Notes: a model not told the origin generated them from the sequence alone. DNA of 64,000 nt from Candidatus Bathyarchaeota archaeon (GCA_963768425.1 CAVYHV010000017.1:32001-96000), one strand, 5' to 3'. Positions 31,260-42,851 are shown, counted from the stretch's first letter. Made by a program: numbers and translations.

Positions 31260-32273
31260 TTAGGCTTTTGGTTTTGCTGCCGGCGCCGGAGCTGGCTCGG
31301 GCATGGGAACGCCGATAGCTTCCCTTAGATAAGCCTTGAATGGACCCAGCTTCCCGCCGTAGTTACCGGATGAAATCTTGACTACGCCGGGCACGCCGAT
31401 GGCTGCGGTTACTCCTTCTTTCATGCCTTTCTTGACAGCATCCAACGTTAAGCCGTTCATGACAATTTCGTAAACGCAGCTGACGCCTTCGGGAACAACT
31501 GTGTCAGGCACAAGAGTTCGCAGGGTTGGGCAGTATGGGTGGTTAGTTGAAGCTTTAAGTTTGTATTTGAGCGAGCCTGCTTTGCTTCCTGCCCTACAGA
31601 CGCCGCCTGGAAACTGCATGATTACGTCGGGAGCATTTGCGCGGATTGCGTCTGCCGCTGCCTCAGCTGCTTTTAGCCCTGAAGGCTGGTCCGCTGCGAA
31701 AATCATGAAGTTGCCGCCTGCAACCGCTTCCATCGCGCCAAAGCCGTTTTCAACGATAAAGTCGCCTTCCATAACGGGTATTCTCCAGCATTTTCTTCCT
31801 CCAACCATGGCTTTTTTCTGGAAGCCATCGCCGAAGTAGCGGAGGCTGTTGCCGACATCTAATGTTCTTTTACCAACTAATCCGTTGAAGGCTGCGGTTG
31901 TTGGGCAAGTAAGGGTACATTGGCCGATTCGTTGCATAAGCTGGTGCTTAAGCTCAAAGCGGTCACGATTATAGATTTGAATATATATGCCAGGTCGTTT
32001 GTCAGGAGTCTGATCTGCGGGAACATGTCGTTCAATTGCTGCTTCTGCCGTCGCCTCAATAACGCTTGTGGCAAAACCTGTGGTTAGGCTTGCGGCGATT
32101 TGCGCCCATTTCTCGTTTTGAGCGGTGATCAAAACTCTTCCAACCCAAAGGGCAAACATCTCTGCAAAGGTGTCCTGAACCTTCACGACATTTCCGTAGG
32201 GCGACTTAACAAGGAACATTTTTTCTTTATCATCATAGCTTTGGACTTCAAGCACGTTAGTATTCGATGACAT
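31260..32273 (-). CDS. ftr: Formylmethanofuran:tetrahydromethanopterin formyltransferase
   Basis: DTFAEMF, TGFATSVI, TPDKRPG, RIGQC.LTCPTTAAF, YFGDG, GGNF, ASTN..CP and GNYGGKLG. Confidence 0.95.
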   Translation of the reverse strand: MSSNTNVLEVQSYDDKEKMFLVKSPYGNVVKVQDTFAEMFALWVGRVLITAQNEKWAQIAASLTTGFATSVIEATAEAAIERHVPADQTPDKRPGIYIQIYNRDRFELKHQLMQRIGQCTLTCPTTAAFNGLVGKRTLDVGNSLRYFGDGFQKKAMVGGRKCWRIPVMEGDFIVENGFGAMEAVAGGNFMIFAADQPSGLKAAEAAADAIRANAPDVIMQFPGGVCRAGSKAGSLKYKLKASTNHPYCPTLRTLVPDTVVPEGVSCVYEIVMNGLTLDAVKKGMKEGVTAAIGVPGVVKISSGNYGGKLGPFKAYLREAIGVPMPEPAPAPAAKPKA

Positions 32274-32549
32274 GGAAGAGACCTTGCATTCAGTTGGGAA
32301 TTGTATGATTTAAGAGTTTTCATAAACCAAACAGGGTTTCACCGTTTTTTAAAGCCCAAAAACAAGACCCATTCCGTTTAAAACGGAGGGACTATGAGCC
32401 TTTTTCATGTAGCAAGCGGCTTCTCTACTTGTTTTGTTGTCAGCGGAGGTAGCGGATCCAGCTAATCGATTAAACTCTCCAAAAACTTGGAGCAGTCAGC
32501 CCTCTGAAAAGCAATTAGCACAGGGGCGTGAAAAGAGTTCAAAGTCAAT

Positions 32550-33254
32550 TTATGCTTCAACTTTGATTATTTCGGGGATTTTCCCAGCCATCCCAACCTT
32601 GCCCTTGAAAATTATCAACACGCCATCAACACCTTCAATCGACATGCCACGGTTGATTCCCGCCTTAATTCCCGAAACTGAATCCAACCCTTTAACCACG
32701 TTGCCGACGGCGGTAGCAGCTGCATCCGCCAGGCCTGCGTTCTTGCAAAAAATCGTAGCTGCTTCCGCGTCTCCGTAGCTAAGTGCATGGCTGAAACGTC
32801 CTGAACTTGTGGCAACGCCTATAGGAAATTCCGTGAGCCTAAAGCCGAAACGCTTGGAGAGCGGTTCGTTTCCTACGGCAACTGCAACGTCAACAGGCAC
32901 GTTGGATGCTGCAGAAATTTCGCCGCCATTTTCTACCACCGTCACCTCGCAGCCCACGCGCTTCATTTCTTCTACGGCTAGGTCCGCGATGACTCCTGCG
33001 ACGGCTGCCATAGGTCCTACCCCTGCCACCTGTGAGGCTTGAGCCATCAACTTTGCCACCAATGGCTTTTCAGGTGCTGGGTACGGCTTAAGAGTGTAGA
33101 GGAACTTGGGGTTTTCTTTTATGTAGACTTCGAGTTCTCGCCTGCTTTGCCCAATCGATTCTTTAGCGGTTTGGATGCCCTGCTGTTTGTCAGAAATAAT
33201 TGTGCACGCCGTTTCTTTAAGAGTGAAGCTTTCCTTGAAAAGGTTTTTTGGCAA
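32550..33254 (-). CDS. UPF0280 ApbE-like protein (MA1715-type, sulfur assimilation)
   Basis: VGPMAAVAG, VENGGEI, GVATSSG and LADAAATAVGN motifs. Confidence 0.9.
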   Translation of the reverse strand: MPKNLFKESFTLKETACTIISDKQQGIQTAKESIGQSRRELEVYIKENPKFLYTLKPYPAPEKPLVAKLMAQASQVAGVGPMAAVAGVIADLAVEEMKRVGCEVTVVENGGEISAASNVPVDVAVAVGNEPLSKRFGFRLTEFPIGVATSSGRFSHALSYGDAEAATIFCKNAGLADAAATAVGNVVKGLDSVSGIKAGINRGMSIEGVDGVLIIFKGKVGMAGKIPEIIKVEA

Positions 33255-33255
33255 C

Positions 33256-33687
33256 TTATTTTTTCCTGTTGGGGGCTGTTTGTTCCCCGTTGCTTTGCTT
33301 GACGGATTTTATAGCTCTTGCTGGGCACGCGTCTACGCAGACGCTGCAGGTGCTGCCGACACATTTCTCCTTGTTGAATTGGACCTGTGAGTCTTTGTCT
33401 GTGCTTATTGCTTCCACTGGGCAGAGAGCAACGCATGAGCCGCAACTGAAGCATTTTTCAGCGTCGACCTCGATGAGTTTGGGCACGGTGACCGAGACGC
33501 CTCTTTTTCGGAACGCGTTCACGATCTTTTCCTGCGCTTCATCAGGTACTTCAGCTAGGATTTCGCCGCCTTTGGAGTTTATGTGCGCTGACAAAATCGC
33601 CATAGGAACATTGTATTCAATTATTATTTGGGATGCAATCGGTTGTGGCACTTGCTCTTCCGTAAACCGTAATAAGAGTCTTACCAT
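33256..33687 (-). CDS. NIL-domain 4Fe-4S protein (MA1822-type)
   Basis: N-terminal NIL domain; CFSCGSCVALCP and CVGSTCSVCVDACP. Confidence 0.9.
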   Translation of the reverse strand: MVRLLLRFTEEQVPQPIASQIIIEYNVPMAILSAHINSKGGEILAEVPDEAQEKIVNAFRKRGVSVTVPKLIEVDAEKCFSCGSCVALCPVEAISTDKDSQVQFNKEKCVGSTCSVCVDACPARAIKSVKQSNGEQTAPNRKK

Positions 33688-35195
33688 GGTTTTTGCCTGC
33701 CTAACAGTTTAGATACGTCTTCTGACGTGACGATGCCTAGCACCTTCTTCTCAACGTCTATAACGGGTAATGCGGAGATGTTGTGTTGTGCCATTCGTTT
33801 AGAGGCAACTTCCAGGGGTTCATCAGGTTTGGCGGTATGGACGTTTTGGGTTTCGATGTCGGCCAACGCTTTTTTGTCTTCAGCCATAGCTTTGGTAATG
33901 TCCCATGAAGTGACTATGCCGCGGAGTTTGCCGGCGCCGTCGATTACGACGATATGGTTAACGGATTTAGTTACTATGCGTTCCGCAATCGCCTGAATCT
34001 TCTCGTCCTCCGTGCATGTAACAGCAGGGTGCATGACTGAAACAACGAAGGGAATTTCTTCTGTTTGCCGCATCGGCTTAAACACGCTGTCGGTGGGTAG
34101 GCGCTCAACAGGTGCGGTGAGCAAGAAGGAGCCACCCTCAATCCATGTCTTAAGCGTTTGGCTAACTTTCTTCGCCATTTTTATGCTGGATAGGCTGCTG
34201 ACCCTTATTTTTTTGTCATTCACGGTTATTGAGCCGGATTTGAGCTCTTTGTAGCTTACTTGCTTAAGTTTGGGCCGTTCCCGCCGTGGCACGCTGTAAT
34301 CCACAACATCCGTAAAGATTTCGCTGTCCCGGATCCCCGTTTTCTTTGCTAAGCCTTCGTTCAAGATTGGGATAGGGATTCCTAAGCCAACGTACAATGA
34401 GGTACCATATTTTGTGAAAGCCGCACCCTGCAAAAACTCAGGCGACATTTTCTTGGCGTCTCCTTTGACCATAAGGGTGCCGTTTAGGTTTTTGGGGCTA
34501 TGCTGGGTTCCTTCGCCGATAACGTAGCCTTGAGCGCCACCGAGAAAGATGCGGGTGCCCATACCGATGGTCTCGTAGTCGGGGTCGTTCATGAGGGGGT
34601 TCAGTTCGCCTGCGCCTGAAAACGTGGCGTTGCGCATCCTCGGCAACAGTTTACTCATGTAAGTGTAAATGGTCTCGTCGCTTGTGTTGACTGCGCAGTT
34701 GTAGCGTTGGTAGCAGTTGCGGAAGTTTAAGAGCTGAAACTGATTGAGGTCGTCTTTGGTTACGTTAGTCTTAAGCTGGGTTCTCGGGTAACAGTCCGTT
34801 CCGTAAGCTGTAGCACGGAGCTCAACTTCTTTTCCTCCAACGAGGTCTTGGATAACGTGTCCTCCGCCGTACTCGAACGGCTGCTTGAGCGACATGTTCG
34901 TTGCCCCGATGTACAGGTCCACTGCTGCGCCGGGATGGCAAACCTCCACGTCGTTCATCCATGCATGGTCGATCTTTATGGGCGGGTCCGAGTGCCCAAG
35001 GTTGATGACTGCGCCTGAACTGCACATGGCGCCGAAAGTTCCCGTTGTAACTACATCTACTTCTTTGAACGCAACTTCAACACCGCTGCTTTCCACTAGT
35101 TTTTTCATTTCTTCAGCGGTTAAAACCTGAGCGTCGCCTTTGCGGATTTTCTCGTTAATCTCTTCTACCGTTCGAGTTTTGCCTGGGTTGGACAA
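33681..35195 (-). CDS. L-aspartate-semialdehyde sulfurtransferase (homocysteine synthase, MA1821/MJ0100 type; DUF39 + CBS pair)
   Basis: EINEKI, DVVTTGTFGAMCSSG, TDCYPR, RNCYQ and NPLMNDP; C-terminal CBS domains. Confidence 0.93.
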   Translation of the reverse strand: MSNPGKTRTVEEINEKIRKGDAQVLTAEEMKKLVESSGVEVAFKEVDVVTTGTFGAMCSSGAVINLGHSDPPIKIDHAWMNDVEVCHPGAAVDLYIGATNMSLKQPFEYGGGHVIQDLVGGKEVELRATAYGTDCYPRTQLKTNVTKDDLNQFQLLNFRNCYQRYNCAVNTSDETIYTYMSKLLPRMRNATFSGAGELNPLMNDPDYETIGMGTRIFLGGAQGYVIGEGTQHSPKNLNGTLMVKGDAKKMSPEFLQGAAFTKYGTSLYVGLGIPIPILNEGLAKKTGIRDSEIFTDVVDYSVPRRERPKLKQVSYKELKSGSITVNDKKIRVSSLSSIKMAKKVSQTLKTWIEGGSFLLTAPVERLPTDSVFKPMRQTEEIPFVVSVMHPAVTCTEDEKIQAIAERIVTKSVNHIVVIDGAGKLRGIVTSWDITKAMAEDKKALADIETQNVHTAKPDEPLEVASKRMAQHNISALPVIDVEKKVLGIVTSEDVSKLLGRQKPW

Positions 35196-35351
35196 TTAGC
35201 CTTACCTTTAATGCCAATCGAAGAGGCTACGCAAGAATATATTTTTTGCGCAAAAACCAAGGAAACCACCGATTTGTGGTTGCAAACTGAACCAACATAC
35301 CCTAAAATCCGTTGAAAACATCTTTCAAGCTTAGAGTAAGAGGAATTTTGC

Positions 35352-36212
35352 ATGGCAAGAATAATCACGAATGGAGCAGAAATCTTCTACAAGGACTGGG
35401 GAAATGGAAAGCCAATAGTCTTCAGTCACGGTTGGCCGCTTAACTCAGATGCTTTCGAAGACCAAATGTTCTTCCTTGCTTCCCGCGGTTACAGATGTAT
35501 TGCACATGACAGACGGGGACACGGGCGTTCAAGTCAGCCTTGGGAAGGAAACGACATGGATACCTACGCGGACGACCTTTCCGAAGTCATAGAGAAGCTC
35601 AAGCTTGAAGAGGCAGTTCTAGTGGGTCACTCCACAGGCGGCGGAGAAGTCGCTCGCTACATCGCCCGATACGGAACTAAACGGATATCGAAAGCTGTGC
35701 TCATTGGGGCAGTGCCACCGTTGATGGTGAAAACGATGTCTAACCCTGGCGGCTTGCCGATTGAAGTTTTCGACCAGCTTCGAGCAAACGTGGTTGCTGA
35801 CCGCTCGCAGTTCTTCAAAGACTTAAGCATGCCATTCTACGGATACAACCGACAGGGCGCAAAGATTTCTGAAGGTGTACGGAACGCTTTTTGGAGGATG
35901 GGAATGATAGCTGGGTTTCCTGCTGCATACTTCTGCATTAAAGCGTTCTCGGAAACAGACCAGATGGAAGATTTGAAAAAAATTGATGTCCCAACCTTGC
36001 TGCTGCACGGCGACGACGACCAAATTGTCCCAATTGCTGACTCATCGATGCTTTCAGCTAAAATCATCAGAAACTCAACCCTCAAAGTCTGCCCAGGTGC
36101 TCCACATGGCATGTGCACAACACATAAACAACAAGTCAACCAAGACATTCTTGCATTCATAGAGAACAAGTTGCCGTCTCCTGAAAAAACTCCAACGTTG
36201 CACGCCGTTTAA
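35352..36212 (+). CDS. Non-heme haloperoxidase / arylesterase (alpha/beta hydrolase)
   Basis: [36 protein letters not shown] and GAPHG. Confidence 0.92.
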   Translation: MARIITNGAEIFYKDWGNGKPIVFSHGWPLNSDAFEDQMFFLASRGYRCIAHDRRGHGRSSQPWEGNDMDTYADDLSEVIEKLKLEEAVLVGHSTGGGEVARYIARYGTKRISKAVLIGAVPPLMVKTMSNPGGLPIEVFDQLRANVVADRSQFFKDLSMPFYGYNRQGAKISEGVRNAFWRMGMIAGFPAAYFCIKAFSETDQMEDLKKIDVPTLLLHGDDDQIVPIADSSMLSAKIIRNSTLKVCPGAPHGMCTTHKQQVNQDILAFIENKLPSPEKTPTLHAV

Positions 36213-36395
36213 AGCCCCGCGTGAAAAGTACGAATGTTGGTGCATATGCAAACTTTTACTGGAGAGTTTACTTATGATTTTTCTTAAAGCTTCTTTTAAC
36301 TGATATGCAATCTCAAAAGCGTTTCTGGGAGACTCTGAAAAGTTAGGTTATCTTGGCAGGGGTTGCTTCATATTCGTGCTAAACTCTGCGCGACT

Positions 36396-36665
36396 TTATG
36401 TGGGTTCAAGCGTTATTTCTACGAGGGTGCCTGTTAGATTGTCTAGTTTTCCAAATGCGGCGAATAGAATTGTTTTTGGAATGTATATGCGTCCGTCTTT
36501 GGCCATTTTTGCGTAGAAAGGCTCATGTCCGCCTCGACTGCTTATGTTTACTTTAAGGATTTGGTCTGGCTCCAGTTTGAATTGCCAGCGGATGATTTTT
36601 GGAACCTGCACTTTGCTGCATTTTTCAATTGGGTTTTTGAAAGTGACTTCTTGATGCAGTGGCAT
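36396..36665 (-). CDS. Duplicated AbrB/MraZ-like DNA-binding protein
   Basis: Two AbrB-like halves (KVQVPKIIRWQFKL; KDGRIYIPK); start MPLHQEV. Confidence 0.7.
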   Translation of the reverse strand: MPLHQEVTFKNPIEKCSKVQVPKIIRWQFKLEPDQILKVNISSRGGHEPFYAKMAKDGRIYIPKTILFAAFGKLDNLTGTLVEITLEPT

Positions 36666-36680
36666 AGTGATTGTGTGCTC

Positions 36681-36842
36681 CTTTTCACTTTTATTCACTT
36701 ATTTTGACTTATTTTAACTTTTATTGACTTCTTTCGACTTTATTTGACTTATTTTGACTTTCCTTGACTTTTTTTGACGCAACCTGCAAACAATCCAAGA
36801 CCCAAACCAAAAAAGCAACCCAAAACACAAAATAAAAAACGC
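36681..36842 (-). repeat. Dispersed element copy A: ten phased 10-bp repeats plus ~60-bp unique arm
   Basis: In-register decamers of consensus ~ATTTTGACTT from 36681 to 36780; reverse complement nearly identical to 58991-59155. Confidence 0.92.
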
Positions 36843-36874
36843 AGGCAAAAAAATCTCGGGAAAACCACGTTACG

Positions 36875-39800
36875 CTACCACATTTTCCAGGGAAGCTCAT
36901 CCATGTACTCGTTTAGGCTGCGTATGGTGTTGCCGTTCTTGCTTTTTTGCTTGAGTACGTCAACGAGGGCGGCGGCTAGTTGCAGGTTAGTGATGACGGG
37001 GACGTTGAATTCTACGGCTTGGCGGCGGATGATGTAGCCGTCGGTTAAGATGTCGCTGTAGTTAGTCTGCTTGTTAGCTATGGGCACGTTGATGACTAAG
37101 TCTATTTTGCGTTCCTGCAAGTAATCCAGCACGTTAGGCGATACATCAGCCTCTTTGACTTTGTAGAGCTTCACCGCGTTCACACCTGAAGCGCACAGCA
37201 CGTCAGCCGTGTGGTCAGTCGCGTAGATCTTGAAACCCATTTCGATGAAAGCTTGAGCGATCGGGATAACCCGTTTTTTACGTTCGATGCTGCCGCCAAC
37301 GCTGATGAAAACTGTGCCGTCTCTGTCGGGAATGTTGAATTCCGCGGACCGCAACGCTTTGGAGAACGCGTCTGCGAAGTTCTCGCCTAGGCATGCGACC
37401 TCTCCTGTGCTGAGCATTTCAACACCTAACACTGGGTCAGCGCCGCTCAGGCGCATGAAGCTAAACTGAGGAACTTTCACGCCGACATGCTTAGTTTTAG
37501 TCATAGGTGAGAGCTTGAGCACATCAATCTTCTTGCCCAGCATCGCTAAAGTCGCAAGCTCAATCAGGTTTATCCCGCGGGTTTTGCTGACAAACGGCAT
37601 CGAACGAGACGCCCGAAGGTTGCATTCAATCACGTTAACTACGTCGTCTTTGACAAGGTACTGGATGTTGAAGGGACCATGGATGTTAAGAGCCTTGACT
37701 ATTCGTTCGGTGCAGTTCGCGATGTTCTCCTGAACCTCAAGCTTAAGCGCCTGCGGAGGAATAGTCATGGTCGCGTCGCCGCTGTGCACACCCGCGTACT
37801 CCACATGCTCCATTATGGCGCCGATAAGCACGTTTTCTCCATCTGAAACCCCGTCAACCTCAACCTCTTTGGCGTGGTCTATGAATTTGCTGATTACAAC
37901 GGGGTGGTCACGCGAAACCTTCGCAGCCAACTTTAAAAAGTTCTCAAGCGATGTCTCATTGTAGGCAACACGCATCGCTGAACCTGACAGCACGTAGCTT
38001 GGACGGACAAGAACAGGGTAACCGATTTTCTCCGCAAACCGCTTCGCCTCACCAATCGAGAGAAGCTTGCTCCAGCTAGGCTGGCAAATCTTGAGCTGGT
38101 CAAGCAACGCACTGAATTTGGAACGGTCTTCAGCTAAATCGACGTTTTCAGCCGAAGTGCCGAGCAGTTTGACGCCTTTTCCGGAGAGCCCCATTGCTAG
38201 GTTGTTTGGGATTTGTCCTCCGACACTGGTGATAACGCCCATCGGGTTCTCTTTCTCGTAAATGTCCAGTATACGTTCTTCGGTGAGTTCTTCGAAGTAG
38301 AGTTTGTCGGAGACGTCGTAGTCAGTGGATACGGTTTCAGGGTTGTAGTTAACCATTATTGCTTCTTGGATACCGTTCTTTTTCAACGCCCAAATCGTGT
38401 TGACGCCGCACCAGTCAAACTCCACGCTTGACCCTATCCGAAAGACACCTGCGCCTAAAACGATGACTTTGCTTATGCCACTTTTGAGTTCGATGTCGTC
38501 TTCGTCTCCGCCATAGGTAAGGTAAAGGTAATTGGTTTTCGCTGGCCACTCAGCCGCCAAGGTATCGATCTGCTTGATAACGGGAATAATGTTTGCGCCC
38601 TTCCGGTACGCTCGGATTGTTGGTTCATCGGTTTTCTGGCATTGGGCTATTTGCTCATCGGAGAACCCTAAGCCGTTTAGCTTCACGAACCACCTCAGCG
38701 GCGGATGCATCAGCCAAATTTATCTTCCGCAACTCATCCTCCATGCTGATGATGTTTTGGATTTTGTGGAGGAAGAAGGGGTCAACTCCGCTTATTCGGT
38801 AAATCTCAGGGATCGAAATGCCCATTTTCAAAGCTTTGACGAGCTTGTAGAGTCTCTCGTCTGTAGGGTTCGCAACGGCGTCACGGATCCTTGCTTCGCT
38901 TTCAGGCTCATCATCTTCAGGGTTGCACACTAAGCCTATCTTGCCCGTGTCAAGCATGCGTACGGCTTTCTGAAGTGCCTCTTCAAAGCAGCGGCCGATT
39001 GCCATCACTTCGCCTACGGAACGCATCTGCGGACCCACGTGGCGGTCAGCGTTCTTGAATTTCTGCAGATCCCAACGCGGAATCTTCACGGTGATGTAAT
39101 CTAAGGCGGGTTCGAAGCAGGCTGTGGTGACTTCTGTCACTTTGTTGATTAATTCAGGGAGAAGGTAGCCTAAAGTAAGTTTCGTAGCTATGTACGCAAG
39201 CGGGTAACCCGTTACTTTGCTTGCTAGCGCGCTGCTTCGGGACATGCGGGAGTTAACTTCGATTACGCGGAACTCTTCAGATTTTGGGTGAAGAGCCCAC
39301 TGAATGTTACATTCGCCAACGATGCCTAAGGCTCGTATCGCGTTTATGGATGTTGAGCGGATAAGATGGTACTCTCGGTTGCTCATGGTCTGCGAAGGCG
39401 CGACAACGATGGAGTCGCCTGTGTGAACGCCCATCGGGTCAAAGTTCTCCATGTTGCACACCGTTAAGCAGTTATCTGCATAGTCGCGCATAACCTCGTA
39501 TTCAACTTCCTTCCAGTGCCCAACGTACTCTTCAATAAGTATCTGGCCGATTCGACTCTGAGCCAAACCGCGAGTGGCTGTTTCTTTAAGTTCCTCAGCG
39601 TTGCGGCACACACCAGCTCCTTTGCCCCCAAGAGTGTAAGCAACACGGACGATGACTGGGTAACCGATCTCAGCCGCTACATCCAACGCATGCTGAACGC
39701 TTGTGGCTGATTTGCTGTTCAATGGCGGAACATTGGCTTTAAGCATCGCCTGACGGAACCGTTCCCTGTCACCCGTATCTTCAATCGAGTGGATAGGTGT

Positions 39801-40154
39801 ACCCAAAACTTTGACGTTGTATTTTTGCAGGATACCTTTTTTGTCCAGTTCTAAGCCGCAGTTCAAGGCGGTTTGCCCTCCGAAACCTAGCAGTATGCCG
39901 TTGGGACGTTCTTTCTCAATGACGCGCTCTACGTATTCGGGTGTGACAGGTAAAAGATACACTTTTCCCGAAAGGCGCGGGTCAGTCTGAATCGTCGCTA
40001 TGTTGGGGTTAACCAAGACGGTTTCAATGCCTTCTTCCCGCAGAGCTTTGAGGCATTGGCTTCCTGAGTAGTCGAATTCGGCTGCTTCACCGATTTTTAT
40101 AGCTCCACTGCCCAAAACCAGCACTTTCTTTATCCAGTCAAACTTCGGCATCAA
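36875..40154 (-). CDS. carB: Carbamoyl-phosphate synthase large subunit; frameshift ~38680
   Basis: GSGAIKIGEAAEFDYSG, ENFDPMGVHTGDS, IGSSVEFDWC and MGS domain. Confidence 0.95.
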
Positions 40155-41308
40155 GGAGCCTCCAGCGTTTTCGCGAATTTGTCAAACAACATCTCCGTGT
40201 CGTAGGGTCCCGGCGAAGCTTCAGGATGCCACTGAACAGCGAAGACCGGCTTATTCTTGTGTTTGACTCCCTCAGCTGTTTTGTCGTTCGGATTGAGGAA
40301 CCATGCTTCAAGCGGAGTCTTCTTTAGGGATTCAATGTCAACTGCGTAACCATGATTTTGTGTTGTAATGTAGCACCGCTGACTGCTTAAGTCGAGCGCA
40401 GGCTGGTTCTGAGCACGGTGACCAAACTTCAACTTGTACGTATCCCCGCCCATAGCCAACGCCAAGATCTGAGCGCCAAGACAGATACCCATGAACGGAA
40501 CCTGATCGACCACTTCACGGACGCAGTCAATGGTCTTCACACATTTCTTAGGGTCGCCTGGACCGTTGCTGAGGAAAACGCCGTCAGGGTTGTAAGCTAA
40601 GACTTCGCTGGCTGAAGAGTCATAAGGCATGCGAACAACGTTTATGCCCCGTTTAAGCAGGTTACGGATAATGCTGAATTTTACTCCGCAGTCGATTAAC
40701 ACCACGGTTTTTCTGCCATCTACACCGTATTTGACAGGTTCCTTCACCGAGACTTCTTTAACCAAATCTGTTAGGTTAGGGTCAGCAATGTTCTTTCCGT
40801 CGTTTAGAAGCGCCTCCAAATCAGGCTTCACACCCTCATCGAAAACTTGCATGAGTCCCAACATGACACCGTACGTTCGAAGTTTCTTTGTTAGGCGCCG
40901 TGTGTCTACCCCGTATATTCCCGGGATGCCTTCGTCAAGTAGCCATTTGTCCAAGGTTCTTGTGGACGCCCAATGAAAAGGATCTAGGCATAACTCGTGG
41001 ATGACTAATCCTTGAACTTGAATATGGTCCGATTCAAAGTAGAGAGGTAAACCAAGGTTCTGCTCGTTTGATGGGACGCCGTAGTTACCTATGAGCGGGT
41101 AAGTCAAGGTTAAAACTTGACCTTTATATGATGGATCAGTTAACGCTTCGGGGTAGCCGACCATCTGAGTTGAAAAGACTACTTCACCCGAGATTTTTCC
41201 TGTTGCCCCGAAACCTTTACCGAGAAATGACGTTCCGTCTTCGAGAAGCAGAATCGCTTTTTTGCCTTTTTCGAACGTGCTATGTTGTGGGACCAAAGCC
41301 CTATTCAA
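40151..41308 (-). CDS. carA: Carbamoyl-phosphate synthase small subunit
   Basis: LTDPSY, SNGPGDP, GICLG and QWHPEASPGP. Confidence 0.96.
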   Translation of the reverse strand: MNRALVPQHSTFEKGKKAILLLEDGTSFLGKGFGATGKISGEVVFSTQMVGYPEALTDPSYKGQVLTLTYPLIGNYGVPSNEQNLGLPLYFESDHIQVQGLVIHELCLDPFHWASTRTLDKWLLDEGIPGIYGVDTRRLTKKLRTYGVMLGLMQVFDEGVKPDLEALLNDGKNIADPNLTDLVKEVSVKEPVKYGVDGRKTVVLIDCGVKFSIIRNLLKRGINVVRMPYDSSASEVLAYNPDGVFLSNGPGDPKKCVKTIDCVREVVDQVPFMGICLGAQILALAMGGDTYKLKFGHRAQNQPALDLSSQRCYITTQNHGYAVDIESLKKTPLEAWFLNPNDKTAEGVKHKNKPVFAVQWHPEASPGPYDTEMLFDKFAKTLEAP

Positions 41309-41309
41309 C

Positions 41310-42827
41310 CTATAAGTTTGAATTTTTAAATCTTACGTTTTCAGTCGTAGACATCGTTTTTGAAACGTAAGATTCGGCGACACTGTTAAGGTTCCTTTGT
41401 GCATCTTCAAGGTTGTTTTTAAGTTTAGCTATGTTGATTTTAGCTTCTGCCATGTTTTTCTTGTTTGTTTTTATAGCCTTTTCAACCTCGATGGCTGATG
41501 GCCCCCCTATCACTTTATAGGTTTCTACTAGTTTTCGGGGATTTGTGCAATCGACGATGTCTTCCATTTTAACAGACAAATTCACGCCTGCGGTTTCCAT
41601 TGCGACCGCCTGAAGCAGTTTGGGGGTGGCATCTGACAGAGTTTTGTTTGAGTTTATGAGCGATTTGACGAGGGCTCCCACAATCTTGTGTGATGTTCTG
41701 AAGGCAATATTGTATTTCTGTACAATCATGTTTGCAAGCTCGGTTGCACCCGTAAAGCCTGTAGCCGCTTTGCCTTCAACGTTTGCTGACACCTTCAAGT
41801 TCGGGATAAGCGCAGAAAATATTGTGAGAGATGAAGAAAGGTTGCCAACTGAAGCCCAAAGCTTGGTGGTTACTTCTTGAAAATCAAGGTTGTACACAGT
41901 CGGTAGGCTCTTGATGGCTGCGGCTGAAGCTACAAAGTCCCCGAGCGCGTAGCTGGCTCTTGCACGAATAACCTCAAGCACCTCGGGATTCTTCTTCTGC
42001 GGCATAATGCTACTCGTAGACGTGAATTCGTCAGGCAATTCAACCATGCCGAACTCTTGCGAACTCCAAATTATCAAATCCTCAGCCAGACGACTCAAGT
42101 TCACCGCGAGCAAAGTTAGAGCGGATTGGGTTTCAAGGATGAAATCTCGGCTGCCAACCGCGTCAATAGAGTTCTCCAAAACCAAGTTAAAACCTAAAAG
42201 GGACGCAGTTCTTACCCGGTTTATTGGAAAACTAGTTGTTGCCAATGCACCTGCACCAAGAGGACACATATTGACCCGTTCATAGGCTCCTTGGAACCGA
42301 TGCAAATCCCGTTCCAAAGCCTGCACCCATGATATCAGATAATGGGCGAATGTGACAGGTTGTGCTGCCTGCAAATGAGTGTACTCCAAAATGACAGTGT
42401 CGACATGTTTGCCGGCTTTTTCCAGAAGGCTTTCTTGCATCTGAAGCACTTGAAGCATGATTTCAACAAGTTCGTTTCGGAGCTGCATTCGAATGGCCGT
42501 TGCAACTTGGTCGTTTCTGCTTTTCGCAATGTGAAGGTTCCCGCCGACTTCCGGTCCTGTCTCTTTAAGGACGGCTTCTTCAACAGCCATATGAACGTCC
42601 TCGGCACCGGGATCAAGCGCAACGTTTGATAGCTTCTGAAGGGCTTCGAGAATTTTGCTGCCATCTAGCGACTGGATTATTTTCTGCTCAATCAGCATTA
42701 CAATGTGGGCTTTGTTGATATCGATGATAGCTGGGGCTAAGCGTTCGTCGTCTTTTCGAGAAGAAGTAAACTTCGCTACATCTTCACGCACCGACGACAG
42801 TCGTCCACCATGCAGTATCTTCGACAC
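41310..42827 (-). CDS. argH: Argininosuccinate lyase
   Basis: SRNDQVAT, YTHLQ.AQP and SSIMPQKKNP. Confidence 0.96.
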   Translation of the reverse strand: MSKILHGGRLSSVREDVAKFTSSRKDDERLAPAIIDINKAHIVMLIEQKIIQSLDGSKILEALQKLSNVALDPGAEDVHMAVEEAVLKETGPEVGGNLHIAKSRNDQVATAIRMQLRNELVEIMLQVLQMQESLLEKAGKHVDTVILEYTHLQAAQPVTFAHYLISWVQALERDLHRFQGAYERVNMCPLGAGALATTSFPINRVRTASLLGFNLVLENSIDAVGSRDFILETQSALTLLAVNLSRLAEDLIIWSSQEFGMVELPDEFTSTSSIMPQKKNPEVLEVIRARASYALGDFVASAAAIKSLPTVYNLDFQEVTTKLWASVGNLSSSLTIFSALIPNLKVSANVEGKAATGFTGATELANMIVQKYNIAFRTSHKIVGALVKSLINSNKTLSDATPKLLQAVAMETAGVNLSVKMEDIVDCTNPRKLVETYKVIGGPSAIEVEKAIKTNKKNMAEAKINIAKLKNNLEDAQRNLNSVAESYVSKTMSTTENVRFKNSNL

Positions 42828-42851
42828 TTCTTCGTTCCCCGCTTTCAGTAT

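Noticed and set aside
36681-36780. Decamer arrays as a CRISPR array
   Set aside because: Contiguous 10-bp units with no unique spacers, and no cas genes in the window
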